A stretch of DNA of 64,000 nucleotides from assembly GCA_030248215.1 (NCBI GenBank), contig JASANG010002092.1, positions 310,001-374,000 on the forward strand, in the 5' to 3' direction. The notes beneath the pieces are model-generated. The model did not search any database. It saw only the letters and a list, made by a program, of their open reading frames with translations, and was not told the origin of the DNA. This DNA is from Enoplolaimus lenunculus. Its lineage: Eukaryota. The first letter of the stretch is position 1, and the number at the start of each line of letters is the position of its first letter. Of the stretch, positions 46,101 to 61,700 are shown in pieces. The translations under genes and the position numbers were made by a program.

Positions 46101-46737
46101 TGAAAGTAAACCTGTCTGTGTTGAAGTCTGATACCAGAAATACACTTAATGACATAAGCAAACTAAAATAAGATTAAAACGTTAGAAACCATATCAAGTA
46201 TTCAGCTATATATTAGAAAACCATGGCAAAACAAACATATTATAAAGGCAGTGACAGAATGACATGACCATCGATAGTAAGTAGTTCTACTGTAGACATT
46301 TTGCAATAATTATATTTCTACAATAGTTTTGCTATTTACAAATTCAATTGCGATGATCTCACAGATCATTTATTGAAGTTATTAAAATATACGTAACATA
46401 GTAAAAACCAAAATCTTCGTTCAGAAATCTCGCTTTAATACATTTTTCGAAATCTCACCAACATTAACGTATTAATTCGAAAAGCGAAACAATACTTATA
46501 AAAGCTAACCGTTAGGCAACTAAAGGAAGAGTGTTCATACTTCCAACAGCAACACCATAAATATATACAGCATACACCTGGCCAAAAATGAGCACAATGT
46601 TTTTGACAAAAAGATTGTCCTGCTTAGTACGTCAAGGTTTGGGCTGCTGCTGATAATACTAGAGCACAACAAGAACACACACAGCAGCACAACAAATAAT
46701 GTAGCATGTCCATCAAAATACATCTACGCGGTGTTAC

Positions 46738-49700
46738 TTAAAAATCAGAAAAATTCGGCTCAGGTGAAGCTTCGCTGGATCCACCGGCTGGATGATCCTT
46801 GTATTTCGCTTTTCGGATGGCTGCCAGTTTTACACGCGCTTCACCCAATTCGCGTTCTTTTCGAAGAACCTCCTCTTGTGCATCAAGAACCTGCGAATTT
46901 TAATTCGAAACAAATAATTTTCATCAGGCGAAAGTCAAACCCATCAGACCAAAGATTTCAAAGCATAATATGGTGTTTTTGCATGGATTCAAAACATTGT
47001 TGCCTAGTAAACGTTTGTAATCCAAAGAAGTATTCTGAATAGAATCCAAAGAGGGGACTCGTCTTCTGAATAGCATCCAAAGAGGGGACTCGTCTTCTGC
47101 ACCGCATTACAATACATCGGTGCCAAACAAAACATGAAAAAAGTAGTTTTGTAACAACCAAACTTGTGAAATAATTTAAATAGACTTAACTATAAGTTGA
47201 TATGCAAATTAATTAATAGCTAACTATTCAATTATCGGTCTTGGAGGTTTATAAACAATTTTCAGATGTCTCACACTCAAACCCTTTAGTGTTGAATTTG
47301 ATTGCCTGCAACCGTCATAATCAGTGAAATAATATTAAATAGTCCTAAGTTAGCTTAACTAATTAAGCTAAAATGCAAATTAGGTATTAGCTAACTATTC
47401 AATTATTGGCCTTGAAGGTATAATGGACAATTTAGGTCGATTGGTCGCACCCAAAAACCCTTCAGTGACCCTAATAATCAGTGAAATAATTTAAACAGTC
47501 TAACTTTAGGCTTATTAATCAAGCTTAGCTATTAGCTAACTAATCTATCGGCTTTGGAGGTTTGTAAACAGTTTTTATTTTGATTTCTAGTACCCAGAAA
47601 CCCTTTAATGCTGAAATTAGATTGCTTGTAACTCTAATAATTAGTGAAATACAGTAAAAAGTACTAATTTAGGCTTAACCAAATTATACAAATTACTGTG
47701 TAGCTAATAAACGGACTAAGTTTTAAAACCCCAAATGCGAGGTTAATACCCCAGGATAAAGAAGCTTTCAAACAAAAAAGTTTATCAAAATCGGTTCGGT
47801 TACTGAAATTTTTTTCAGACGGACGGACAGACGGACATCCACCTTTCGACCCCCGAGCACAAAATATAAAACGCTTCGTGAATTTCGCTTTGCTCAAAAA
47901 ATATTAAAATTTGCAATATTGTATACATTACTTACCTGTGTAATGCCGCCCACCATTCGCTGACTAATAATTAACGTGCGTTCATCTTCAACTTCGATTG
48001 CGTGTTTTGCAGCGCGAACTAAATGATCAGTTGCAATTTTAACAGCATTACCTGCTGCCTGAAAATTGTTACAAAAAGTTTGATAAATAAAATGAAATCA
48101 CAGCCAAAAGACCAAACAATAGCCTCAAACTATTGGTAACACACTAGGTAAAGTTATTCAATAAAGATGTTGGGAATTAAGTTTCACAACGACACAGATT
48201 TAATTCTGAACGGAACGGTTAATTAATCGTTGCATATACATTATAAGAACATATCACCTCAGATCCTAATCACTGTCTGGAGTACAATCGCGTCGCGATT
48301 GCATTCCAAACCGGGACTCTGATGGCAGTTGCATTTTCCTTGTAGTAAAAGCTATCGCTCCGAATTCTCACAAAATTGTGCACGTGACTGCCCATTATAT
48401 CTCTACCACTCACTTGTAATCTATGCATTGCTTTCGAATTCATATCGGCTTTCACTTGACACGCGACCAATAATTGGGCAGTGCTAGCGGCGACTTGTTT
48501 TGCTGCAGAAATTAACTTTTCTTCAGTCGCATGTCCTTGTACGAGTGAGTTCGCTGCTTCACACAAGGTATGGGTCGCAGCGGCGACCAGTCGCGCTGCG
48601 GAAATGAGTCCTTCAGACCACTGATAGTCTTCCGATGCTACTTTTGGTCGAGGATCAATCTGTATTCAGTATAAAATACATACTTTAATCGCGATATTAA
48701 TTTTAATGTTTAACTTCCACTTTCAATTTAAGTAAAATGAAAATTATTACGTAGACCAATAATTAGTAAAAGATTTTTTGTTACAAACGGAATTTCAGCC
48801 AATTATTTAGATCCAGTAAAAGATTACACAAGTTAAAGGCCCTGCGGTCTTAAAAAGTGTCTGAAAATATTGCTTGCAATGCAGATTACGCGCGTACAAC
48901 AAATTAATAGGAAATTTATACGGAACAAGTAAAACATTACTCGTCCTTGGTTGACCAGCTCGCGTTGCGCTGCAGATGCGGCTTTAACCAGCGTTGAAAC
49001 TGCGGTTGCAATTGATTTTGCAGCCTCCAAGATTTGTTCGTCAAAATTCAATGATTCGTCGGCAGTCTGAAATTTATTAAAACATTAATGAAGCAAAATA
49101 TTTTAGCGAAAACTCAAAATAAATACAAAATTTTTTTTATCATATAGCTTTTAACAGATTAACAGATGTACCGTTCAGTTTTTTCAAGATTTTTTTATAC
49201 AAAACCAGTACCCAAAGGCCAAAATTATATAGTACATATAGCACATTGCACTACGACATCCAAGAAACGTGTGAAATGGTTATTTTATTATTATAACTAA
49301 CTAGCAATGTTTTCAATATCAGCGTAGTTATTAATACTCGTTGAATAACAACAGAAACAGTAGATTGGTTTCTACCATTACCAGTTCCTATGTCATTTAA
49401 TTCTAATAAACTTCAATTTGTTTGTTAAATACTGTTAAGTAATCGTTTAGCAAAAAATGCGGTCAAGGAATTCATCGGTGAGTTATGACAAGGCATTTGA
49501 CAACTACGACCGCGTCCAGCACCGACCATACAAACTCGATTAGACCCAATGCACCGAAGACACAAAACGGTCGATTTATAAGCTGCAATGTGGATATGTG
49601 TGATATCTGGTTGAATGGATCGTTCATGTAACACTCATTCAATTGGCCAACCCAAGAATATCAAACATATCTCATTGCAACCACGAGTCTTTCACTTCGA

Positions 49701-52700
49701 TCAAGCGAAATTATTTCGTAGTGAACATTTTTTAACGAAGTCTTCTTGTTTAATATTCACCAAATAATAATTCAAACAATGCCGTTAAATAAATTCACGA
49801 ATTCATGTTTTTCTTCAGTCACACCACATCGCACAATTGACCTGTTTATATACAACTTTAAAAACGTAAAGTCCAACAGAAGTTAAATATTTATTAATAT
49901 TTTATGGCATCAAAATTATAGCCTGTTGCAGTCATACAAGTTAACAGTCGATGTTTTCACACGTCCGCCAAAGAGAACAAAACGTACTAATCTACTAACG
50001 GTTTGCACAAAAAATTTTGATAACCAATCTTTACGCATAGCTACTGAATCGTTTGACCAAAAAATAGATCAAATTATAAAACAAGAAGTTAAAGTAGCAT
50101 GGAAATGATTTGCATCTGATACGACTAATCGCAGTAAGTTTAGCATTGTGTTTCTATCGCTAATAGCTCGATTCTGTAATGTATTATATTGGGCAACAAA
50201 AACAAAAAACAACAACAACTGCTACTACAACAACTACTACAAGAACTTTAATGTTGCGAGCTAATGCGTGGTACCTGCCTTAGTTATAGAGTGAAAAGTT
50301 TTAACACTTACTTTAACACTGATCTCTCGCGGCTTCAACGTCGCAAGCTTTCTAGCTGCTGCTTCAATAGAATTCGCAGCACCCAACAATTCATTTTCAG
50401 CAATTACTGTAGGGTCAGATGGGTCGACCCAGTCAGAACCTGAGAAGCGCACGAAAACAGTACAAATATAACATTACAAAACAACTAAACTACAACAATT
50501 TATGTATTTTATAACAACAATAACTCTGAAATGATTGTGAACTTTAAGGACAATAATGTGCCGCGTAAAACAAACACTATTCAAGAAACTTGCAATCGAT
50601 CAACATCCCATTACAATGACAGCCACACAGTACGGAGCCGGCTTACGAATTGGAATTCTAACACCGCAATTAAGCTGAGCGAGCAGAAAACTTAAACTAA
50701 GAACTACATATTGAATAAACTAATAATAATTGTTCCGCATTATGAATAGTTTTTTGTGAGAGCAATAGTGCAATAGTCACTAGCATTAAACGATGCTATT
50801 CGAGCTTTCCAACAGATTGGTTTGTGAAAGTTTCAGCCTTGTTTCATTTTCGAGAATAATATTATCCAAGCTTTAGAAACATAACATAACTTACAATGAA
50901 TATTTTTTATACCTTTAAGCACTTCAGCATAAGATATCAAATCGGTGACGGCTTGTGCAATATTGCGCGACGCAGGCGCTAAGAGTTGTTTGGTTTCTCC
51001 AGTTGGTTTTTGCAGTATCAAATGTAACGCTTGAAGCATTTCCCGAACCTTGATTGCAACATCGCGACCTGCGTCCAGTGCACGATATTTTCCATCTGCG
51101 TTATCTGCCTTTGATGCAACTGCCTGCAGAATAACTCAAAGTGTGTATAAATAGACCACAATCAGTATGATGCCATTAAAGAAAAGACCAGCGGCATATT
51201 TAAAATAATGCGACTATACAACAGATAAACTCAAGGAATACCTTTGCGGGCAGTGCCAGGGTCAAACTCTTTTGTTTGGAATTTTTGTTCAGTTGTTCGT
51301 AGGCGTTTTTAGTTGGTAAAATATGAACCCCCTTGGAGATATTTATAGAACATGACTCCCATTCCAAAATCCTGGCTATGCAGATAAGTAAACATGGACC
51401 CTTTTCCAAAATCCGGGCTACGCCTATGAATAAACTCACCATTATGCACGAACGATGTAAAAGCTGTATTTTCGTACACCATTACTACAATATTAATATC
51501 TTTTCAACACAGACATAACAAGGTTTACAGGCGGCTACTTCAACTTCAAAGCTAACTGCAACTCCTAGCATTAATTTTAGTCCCGAACGGTCTACTGACC
51601 AAAACTGCTTGCTTAACGCTTGAATATCTGCAGCTACTGCTGTAGACAAACCAACCTTGCACGTGTTTAATAAATCTGCTACGACTTTTCGTGCCATATT
51701 TCCAGCGACAATGACGTCATCTTGTTGACACGAAGTGCCAGCAGCCACAGTTTTCGCCGTTGCATCAGTGATTGGTTTTGTAACTCGAATCAAATCTTCT
51801 GGATTCGCATCGATCGACGAGGCCGTATCACTGCTTGCATCATACGCCTAAACTAACCAAAAAACAACTCTCTATAGGCATGATAAACAGAAAATTAGCG
51901 ATATTATCGAGGTAGATTTTGAATAACGATTATTCAACAGATCAACTAAATGTGTCAGTAAATTTTTCAAAAACATAGATCTACTTAAAATGCTAACTAC
52001 GACAAAGAAACCGTTGAGTAGCATTATTACCGAAAAAAACATTTTGATAAAAAATTCTTCTAAACTGAAGCTCATTGGAAACGAAGTTTGTAAACGTTTT
52101 TATGGGACAGAAATTTTAATTGTGAAATAAAATGTACTGATCTTATAAAATAACTAGTCAGTATAAATAATACAAAACGATGCTGCAGCTAGGGAATATG
52201 ATTGAAAATGGGGTACAAAGCCGAATCTTACCCGAATTTCCTGTGCAATTGCTTCAATTGCCGCCTCCAACGCCCGAGTTCCTCGTTGATGTTCGTCTTC
52301 GACAGTTTTGACAGTTTTCAGCAAACTAGTTACATTCGTCACCATTACCTAAAATAAAACCGATCAAAGATTAACAAATTTTGATTAAATCATAGCACGA
52401 TAAATATAACTATTATAATCACTAACCTGTTTTCTTGGTTTACCTGGGGTTACTCTAGAGTTGTTGAAGGCATCGTCAAATGAGGTACAGTTTAGTAAAT
52501 AAAAGCATTGCTAAAACGTTAACGAAGAATTCTGCACGGAAAGTTTGTCTTTTGGTATGACCCACGTCTAATCAACCATAATTAAATTTTTGACCAGTTG
52601 GTCATAAACGTAAATTTTAATGAAATTTTTGAATACTTCATGTAACAGGCACAGAATCGATGCAGTAACCCCAGGTTAATGCTGAAACAGAATACCTGAA

Positions 52701-55700
52701 ACCAAATCCTGAAACAAAATACTGATGCGAAAAGCTAGAAAAATGTTTTAATACTCACCACCGTTTGTCAATCCAATAATACTGAAATTTAAACTTTATG
52801 CCTGCAAATAACAGAAACTTGTTTAGTTTTGAAAAGATTGTAATAAAAACAGACATAAAATGAATGATACGCACCATGCGCTCTGTCGCAATGTACCGCC
52901 CTTTAGCAAATAAGTAGTGAACATGATGCAATCGAATATTCAGCTCCGATAAAAAAATCGACATCCAGCTCCGATAAAAAAATCGATATCCGGCTCCGGA
53001 GGAACAACCTTATAGGAAATTTCATAGTCGGTAATACTACTACAATCGCGTTATTAATTTTCAGTTTTTGTTGAAATTATGTACTTAAATATCCGGCTCT
53101 GGCTCTGGTTATTTTGGTATACAGTTGAACCATGACAGCGACCGGATAAAAGCACAAGATAAAGCTAAAGGGCGATACAAATCGAAAGATGGTCAGTGAG
53201 CGCTCTTTCTTGCGCACCTTTGCAGCTTCTTTCAAATAAATCATTGCCGGGTCATTATATCGTTTGCCTGAGGCGTTTTTGGTGGCTTGTATTAGATTTG
53301 CTAACGCTGCGGCAACATCTTTGACTGCGTTAATCACAAGCACCTAAAAGCTCTGCATTCATGGTTAAAAACACAACACTCAAAAATAATTAACAGAACC
53401 AAAAAATTATTCTTTTAGAAAAATTAATCGTAGATTTTATGGTAGACACAAAAACGAAAAGTATTGGTATTATTTCAGCATTTCGCTAAACCAATCTCGA
53501 AGATTCCTCCGGGATCAACACGGAGAAACATGGTAATGGGGTCTTTTTAGAAAACACCCAATATAGAAATCAGGGGTAAAATTTGAAATAAAAAGCACTA
53601 AGGTAAATATCAGGAGTAAACAATTAGAACTTCTCACCACTGTATTTTTAGCAAATTTTCGTTAAATTTGCCGTTTCGGAGATAATAGGTGGCAGGTTAC
53701 GAAAATTGATTTTTTACGTTTCAGTTATTGGAATGATATCTGTCTGCTGTAATGATATACACATTACCTGTTATCACACAACGAGCAAAAACAAAACAAA
53801 AATCAAGCACAAAACAGTGTAAACAGGTGTCGCCTACAAACTAACATCTACAGCACGGGTTAATGTGGGCAAAAATGCACAAACTCTAAAAATGCGCAAA
53901 AAACGTATTAGCTATAGGAACGTAATCGGTAATTTTTCATTTAATGTTATGTTTTCTGTTAACAATCTCATGCTTTATGTGGCGTTTATACAGTGTTAGC
54001 GGCGTAACTTTGGACAACCAGAATCACAGTGGAACGGGCCGGTGTAGTAGTGAAATACACAGAGTTGCGTAGGCACAGCTAAAAACCTAATTCATGTAAA
54101 ACAAATTTCAACAAACTAATTGATTTAAAATTAATCATTGAGTGTTGCACAAAACTAGCTTGCTAGCATTTCGAAATATGTGTTGGGTAATTTACGTTCT
54201 TAAGTAATAATTGCATTTTAGGAAAACAGCTTGTCTAAACTGAACGATATGTAAATATAAAGAATAAACTTGCATCACGAATACAATTTTTATGTCTAGT
54301 AAGTAGCAAAGGCGCAATAACTTTTTCTAAGTGTCATAACATAAGACATAATTTCGCTTAGCATGTCAAACTAACATTCAAACAAAGACTCTATTCATGT
54401 GACAAAGATTAAGCATGCATGGCGCAGCCCAAAGTACAGATATTTGTGTTTCCTACCAATAGACTGAAAAAAACTGAGCTCGGATTTAGCTGTCTTATGT
54501 TATTTTCGGGATTTTATTTGATCAGTAATCTGCCCACATTAACACTAACTACGACACCGTCCTGTTCTGCTATGATTTTTGATTTGTTTAGTACCACGTT
54601 ATAAATACGGCATACCATTACACATAACATAACTATAAAGATTGACAGGACATTTTTTGTTGCGGCAGCGTTATTCTCTTCTAAAAACTACGTTGCAAAA
54701 ATTTCAACATAAAATATATTGTCAATTTTTTTGCAAAATTTGGTTCTCCAGTTTAAACATAAGCATATTTGGATGGTCGAAAACAAAGTAACACGTTACT
54801 TCTAAAATATTCTGTTTCTTTCAAACAGTACGTACTACCTATACGATCTTACATAAAATACAAGCCATCCAAACGGTAACAAGGGCCAATAAAACTGTTC
54901 ACCAAAATATGATCATGATATAAATACTAAAAACGTTAATGCGCTGTAAAGCCAATTCTCAGCAGTATAATAACGGCAATAATGTAACTGTTCTAGAGTT
55001 AAATTTCTGACAATACTAAGCCTAACCCGCAAGCGCCTTTTCTTGCCAGTTCAGTACATGGCATCCCTGATTGTAATGCCCGAGACTTCAAAACTGAGTA
55101 TAAAAGCAGTATTGCCTGTATCCAGAAATCGCCCCAGTTATCTTCAAACGTCTAATTTCATACTAATGAAATGACCTAGCATTAATGTAATGAATACGGC
55201 GAAATAGTGTTGACACCCACCTGGGCTTCTGAATTCTGAGATGTAAGAGCCGCAGCACCAGACTTAACCACATCAGACAAATTGACAATAGTCCGAACGG
55301 CGTTCTGAGCTGCGACTGCTAGCTGCTCCTGGCTAGACGCTGCACCTGACACTAAGGCTTTAGTGTCTTCTACAAGAGCTTTGGCAGTCTGAAAAATGCA
55401 ATTACGGTTATAAAATACAGAGCATGGAAAAATAGACGCAAAATATCAAAAACTATGTGATAACCTAACCAAGCATAAACAAACTCTACATAAGAAGATT
55501 TTACGGTTTTTATTTATGTAATGTTGTTTTAACCAATTTCGCTTCTTGGGCACCGAGTTCTTAACGTCCACAGTTCGTACCAAAACATGGTTCACAAAAA
55601 TTACGGTTGATGAAAAGCATAGGGCCCTGCTCACTAGAAAACATGTGGTTAGGAAACTTAGAGGCTGGAAAGCTTATGCTGACTTCGGCTTAAAATTAGA

Positions 55701-58700
55701 CTTATGTTTAGATTTGGGCCACAACTACGTTTGACACTATTCTATTACCACACCTAATGCAGCAAAATGTGACCATGTAATATTTTCTCACTTTAAGAAT
55801 AGCTTCTCTGTGATCGGAAAATACATCGCCTTCCTTTTCTGGATTTAGTGTGCCCGCTGTCGCAAACATTATTGTTGTGTCTAGATCTCCAATGATTCCA
55901 GATACTGTGGATGCGGCATTAATACATGCTTGTGTTCCTGATAACATATTCTATGTTTAGTTTATTCTTAACAGTTTTAGCTGTAGTCAAATGCGTACAA
56001 CGCTCTAAATAAAAAATTTCCTGCTTGGAACAAAGCATGTGAAACAAATATATTAAATTCGCGGTTTAGCAACGCAAATACTAAACGTAGCTCTAATCTA
56101 ATCTTACACCTAATGGTATTCACAAAAGCGGGTAGACCTATCGCCAGCTAGTAAACAAAACACGAACTATGTGTCGCAAACTCAACTAACACGTACAACA
56201 ATTGCAAAAATTGTGCTAAAATTCGAAGCTCGCCATTACCTGGCTTGCAAGCCGCTACTTCTTACTTAACGTTTCGTTAAATTAAACACGCACCTCGGCT
56301 AGAAGATTGCAGCGCTGCAAGAACAAATGCCACCTTTTCTGAAACAATGCGAGCAGAATCAGCCAGATCGCGTTTTGCAAACGTATCGGATGGATTAGCT
56401 CTAACAGCACCAGCGTATTTGACCAGATCCATGCATGCAGTGCCGAGTTCTTGAACACTTGAACGAATGCGGAAAGCGGACTGCAAAAATTATCTCACTA
56501 GCTACAACAAACTGTCAATTAAAGACGTCTTTCACGCTCAATTTTAAGGAACAAACTAAAAAATAGTTAGCAGAAACTTGAACCTCCAGTGATAAATGCT
56601 AATTATATCAAGTTGATTAACATGCACCCTGTCAACCGCACTACATAAACTATGATTAACTTCTAGCAAAACTTTATACCAAATAGAAATAACTTGACAA
56701 CAAGCAAAACTTGAACCTCGAAATGACACAATATAGTTAGGCCAAGTTGATAAAAATATGCGCAGTCGATGACCTGACTTCCAAACTTTATTTATGACTC
56801 CTATCTCAATTACAGACAGCTATGAACTTCACAGCTGGCAAAAACTTGACCTCGAAATAACAATGCTAATTAGGCACAGGCTGATTAAAATACAACACAT
56901 TTCGTCGCGACAAAATCACTGTCTTAGTAATAAATACAATACCTCAGATCCGGCACACGAGGCAACAGCATATCGTGTGTCGTCCGCAAGCAGCGAATAA
57001 TGATGAGCGAGTTCAACGGCAAGTTGAGCCAACTCATTTACATTCGTATATGATTTCGATACCATTTCCTGTGACAAGCGGGCAATTTCTTTACACGATT
57101 TCACCATTCGTGTTTGAACATCGACAAACGAATATTCTTCTGTTATTGTTAGCGTTTCGTCAGTCTGAAACCAAAATAGTACAAGCGGAATTACCTTTGC
57201 AAATAAAATCTTAACACCCTTGAAAAAAATTTCACCTGCGCAAAACATTGTGAATACAAATACAATACATACCTACCATATATACATTTGAGAAATGAAT
57301 ACACGTACTTGTAACACCAAACAAAACATCAAATAAACTGGCACCTCATGGCAGGCACCAGCAAACATACATAAATTACAATACTGCACATTAGTACAGT
57401 TAATACTGTTAGTATGCACCCAATATTTCACGATAAAATTGTGCTGCAAACTTAATGAGCATAACCTAAGATAGCATAATAATATTGTGTAAAAGCTTAG
57501 TTTTGTAGACGCTGCAGTGTAACTTGGTACGCAAACTAAACAAGAGCCTTTTTAAGCTACAGCGCTATGAAGCTGACATTTCAATTGTATTCCTACGTGC
57601 TTCTGCGATTCTGTTATAAAAAGTTAAAGTTCCATGCGCGATTCAGTCATCACTCAATGTTCAATGTGTAACGAAATCTACAAAATGAAATCATGCGATT
57701 AGACACACTGACAAATAAATTTTAACTTTGTTCACTTTGAATTTAGTTCCTTCAAAAATGATAAAATTTAATAAGATGCCGCGCATTTAGCTGGCATACT
57801 AATACTATTCAAGAACTAGGTAGAGCTTGGCATCAAACTGTCAAACTTATCTTATAGATTCAAAGATTCATACCGAAGTTTATAAAAAAGTATTTTCAAA
57901 TCAGATATCAAAACAGTGCTGGCTGAATCAAAGAAATTATTACAGTTTTCCCTAATAACGACATAGAGTACCATTTTTATACCAAAGTTTGGTACGAAAA
58001 TCCCTTTAACATCTGAATCAAAAAAGATTTCTGGTTCAAGAGATTTTCCCAATAAAACATAATACGAAAAGTAGAATAGAAACTCACCTTTGCGATCGAT
58101 TTGCTAATAGTGTCAAGCGTAGTCGATAAGACTCCGCTTTCTGCCACTGCATGCGACAATGTCGCTTGCAGTTCTGATAGCGCATCACGAAGTGTTTCTG
58201 CTGCTTCGTCCACAGCCGAATGCAAATGGTCTGCCTGAAATACACAAAAACGCACCGAGTCAATTCAGGTATTTGCCCGCAAACCATAAACAAACTAAGG
58301 ATGTTAGTAAATTCACACATAAGCGTAAACCGCAAAATGCAATAATAAACCTGGATAAAAATAAGTGTTGGAAATTGCACTGTAATATTGTGCGATGGTG
58401 TCCAGTAGCGAACGTAAAAATAGTTTCATAACTAGAAATTCGGTGCTATTCGACGCAGAAATATGTTGGATGTTGTTAAAAAGTGCAGCACAACCTTTAG
58501 ACTGACTTTGAAATAAATAAAATAGCAAGGTATCTGGATGAACGTAACTAATTTGTTCTTGGAAGTCAGTCGGCAAACATTTCTCAAAACCAAGTCGACT
58601 TATTTAACGACATTGAGAATACGTAAAAATGTATTCTCATGACACTTCTTAGAAATTTCTTCCATGTCGATTTCTAATAATTAAACTCAATGCTTCTTTA

Positions 58701-61700
58701 CTGCAACTGAATTATCTTCAGACATGCTTTGAAACCTTGGTTAGTTTTTAAACATAAAGTTAAGTTGGGATGTCCGAAAAGCCAAACAAAACGAAAGATC
58801 AACCCTCTAACATAATGTTTTTCAGCAAAAACTTGAATTTTCTATTTGTTCAAGTCAAAATTAAAAACAGGATTAAAAAGGTTAACTTAAATGCTAGTTC
58901 GCAATACGTATATGCCAGCAAAAATAACCACACGTAAGATTAATTTTAGATAAAACAGGATAACCGCGTTATACTCTGTTTCAGCATTTGCCAAACGCTT
59001 TTCAGTTAAATCGTTCATATTCTTCCACTAATTACAAGCAAAAACGAAGTTTCTCAGCGGCTCACCTTTGGATTGCCACCGGCGTCTTTAATCGCGAACA
59101 ACATTTGTGCGTGTGCTTCGCACACAGTTTTGCATTGATCTAATAGCGCCATTTGGCGTCGACTATTGTACGACAAAGATGCCGCTCCAATACAACTATC
59201 GGACAGCGGCCGATAATAACCGCCAATATCTGTGACGCTGTGGCCAATATTTTCGGCACGATACTTACCAGCATCACGTACCATTGAAACGCGTTGCACA
59301 ATTTGTTCGACTGCGTTCGCCATTTGCTCGTGAAAACCCTATAAAGAATCATGTCAATATTTAAATCTTCCGAAAACTGAATTCAAGCTCAAGGTCTAGC
59401 GATAATCTTAAAACACCGTTTGAGATCTACAAAAAGACTGAATTGAAATTTTAAATGTTAAATTTCGAGATGGTCTTCAATCATTCTTTATAAATCTTGA
59501 AACAAGCTAACTTGACCCCCCAGCTCATAAAAGCCTGTATGTGTCGCTAAATTTAAATTTTCTGAACAACTGAATTCAAACTCGAAGCTTATGAGAGGGC
59601 CGACATAAACGACTATTTAAGTCTCATTGAAAATTCTAAACGTCTGAACTTAATTTTAAACACAGTGAAAATCAGAAGCAATCATACCTTAGATCTTTGA
59701 AACGATTCTATTTTAATTTATTGTGATCTATCGAAGTTTTGTTGCACTACTACGCAGCGTCACTCGTAATGGCATTCAACCAGCGATTGAATATGCTGCG
59801 TAAAATGCGAAGAATTTGGTTAGGTACTGGAAAAGTTCTTGGGATATTAAATACCCGCAACATCACATTTCTACGCATGTGACATACCTGTTCGTTGTTA
59901 TCCTGTCGAGGAGACAACGACTGATTAATAGCTTCCATTGATGCCTGATCCAAAATTTGAATAATCGAGTTGATTTGCTGAATGCAAGAATCACATTCAG
60001 ACTGCCCTGGCGCTTTGTCTCTGAAAATATGACAGTATAATCCGAAATAGTACGATGAATCAAGTTCCAATAATTATCATTTTTTCAGGAGTTTCTGAAC
60101 CATTTCAAGTTGATAACACACTACAGAACCCTTGGAATTTTTTAAGAACGTATTTTTCCATTCAAAAATAGGCGCCACAAACTTCTGACAAATGGCGTGC
60201 TGATTGCTACATTCATGTACTGGAGCAAGCTGCTGTCAATCATAACAAAAATAGAACAACAATCAAACTAATAATGCTAACAACATTTTCGATCACAAAA
60301 TGTTAATAAAGTCATAGTGAAAATCACTAAATTTAATTAGCAAAACCGTAATTTAGTACGGCAAATATTAACCTTATAGCTGACACGAGAGTCTTGATGG
60401 CGTCGGAAACAACTTTAGAATGGTTGGAAAGCTCTTGCCATTTCGGCTTGTCTTTAGGATTTTTGGCGAGAGACTTCGCGACTGTAATCATTGCACACGA
60501 ACCATCCAGCATTCGTCGACTAGGATCAAGTATGGGGACTTGGAGTTGTTGACCCTAAAAAGAGCATAATTTATATTTTTGACTGTTTTTCAAATGTTTA
60601 ATTTTCAGCGCATGCCGATTGAATCTAAACTGGCTCTGTGCAAACCCACATTTTCGACTTATCACAATTAACTTCGGTGAAGACTCAGAGTAAGTGTAAA
60701 GTTTCAGTCTCACAGCACTCGGTAACCAAACTGAATAATAATTATGAAAAAAATTTTGACACCATATTTTTTTACACAGCCTAAATACTGCCATTTTGTT
60801 CAGAAGCTAAGCAAAATTTGGATACAACATTAGGAAAAAATATTTTAAACGATATACAAAACTATTTTGTACCTTTAAGCTAATTTTCGCAGGAATGCTA
60901 GCAAATTCTCGTGAATTTGCGAAATCAGTCAAATTTTCCAGCGCGGTCAACAATGGTGCTGTTGCGTTTGTGCATAGTTGCCTATTTTGGTCGTTAAAAT
61001 CAGAGTCGAGCACCTAGAACAACCTAATCAAGTATTACGCTCACAGTAGACCGACGCTGAGAATTCCAAAAAACTTTTACAATTATTAAAAAATTGTACA
61101 TAAACAATTAATTTAAACTAGAAATATAGAACACAAAAACTTTATAAACCAGATTCATGCAGTCCATCTGCTAAATACAAAAACATTGTTTGCGTGACTG
61201 ACTCAACAAATTTAATAATTTTAACCCAGATAATAAAGAATATTTGCCAATATTTCCACCATAAAGGTTCCACTTACCTTAATTGTTTTGATAAGTTCCG
61301 CTGTAGAGCCTGCAACATCGCGCGCACAATTTATGAAATGCTTCTTGGCATTCGCGTTGTCAGTTTTCGCCGACGCATCACGGCAAATATTTGCAAGAAT
61401 TCCGGTATGATGAGCAATTACAGAAGCACATTCGAGTACCTGGAAATACGTTAAAAGAATAGAATATAATGTTAAGAAAATCTATATTAACAGAAAATAA
61501 TACCTAATTAGATTAAACTGGATAAGTTTATCGTTTCAACAATATTACAGCTAGGCTCGCAAAATGCTTCCACAAGAAGCAGTATCACTTACTTGACGCT
61601 GAGTAACACGCGACGACTGCAATGTGCAACATGCATCGCGGACAGCGTTTGCAGACCGCGAATACTTTGTCATTTCAACCAGTCCGGCTCTTCCACGCAC

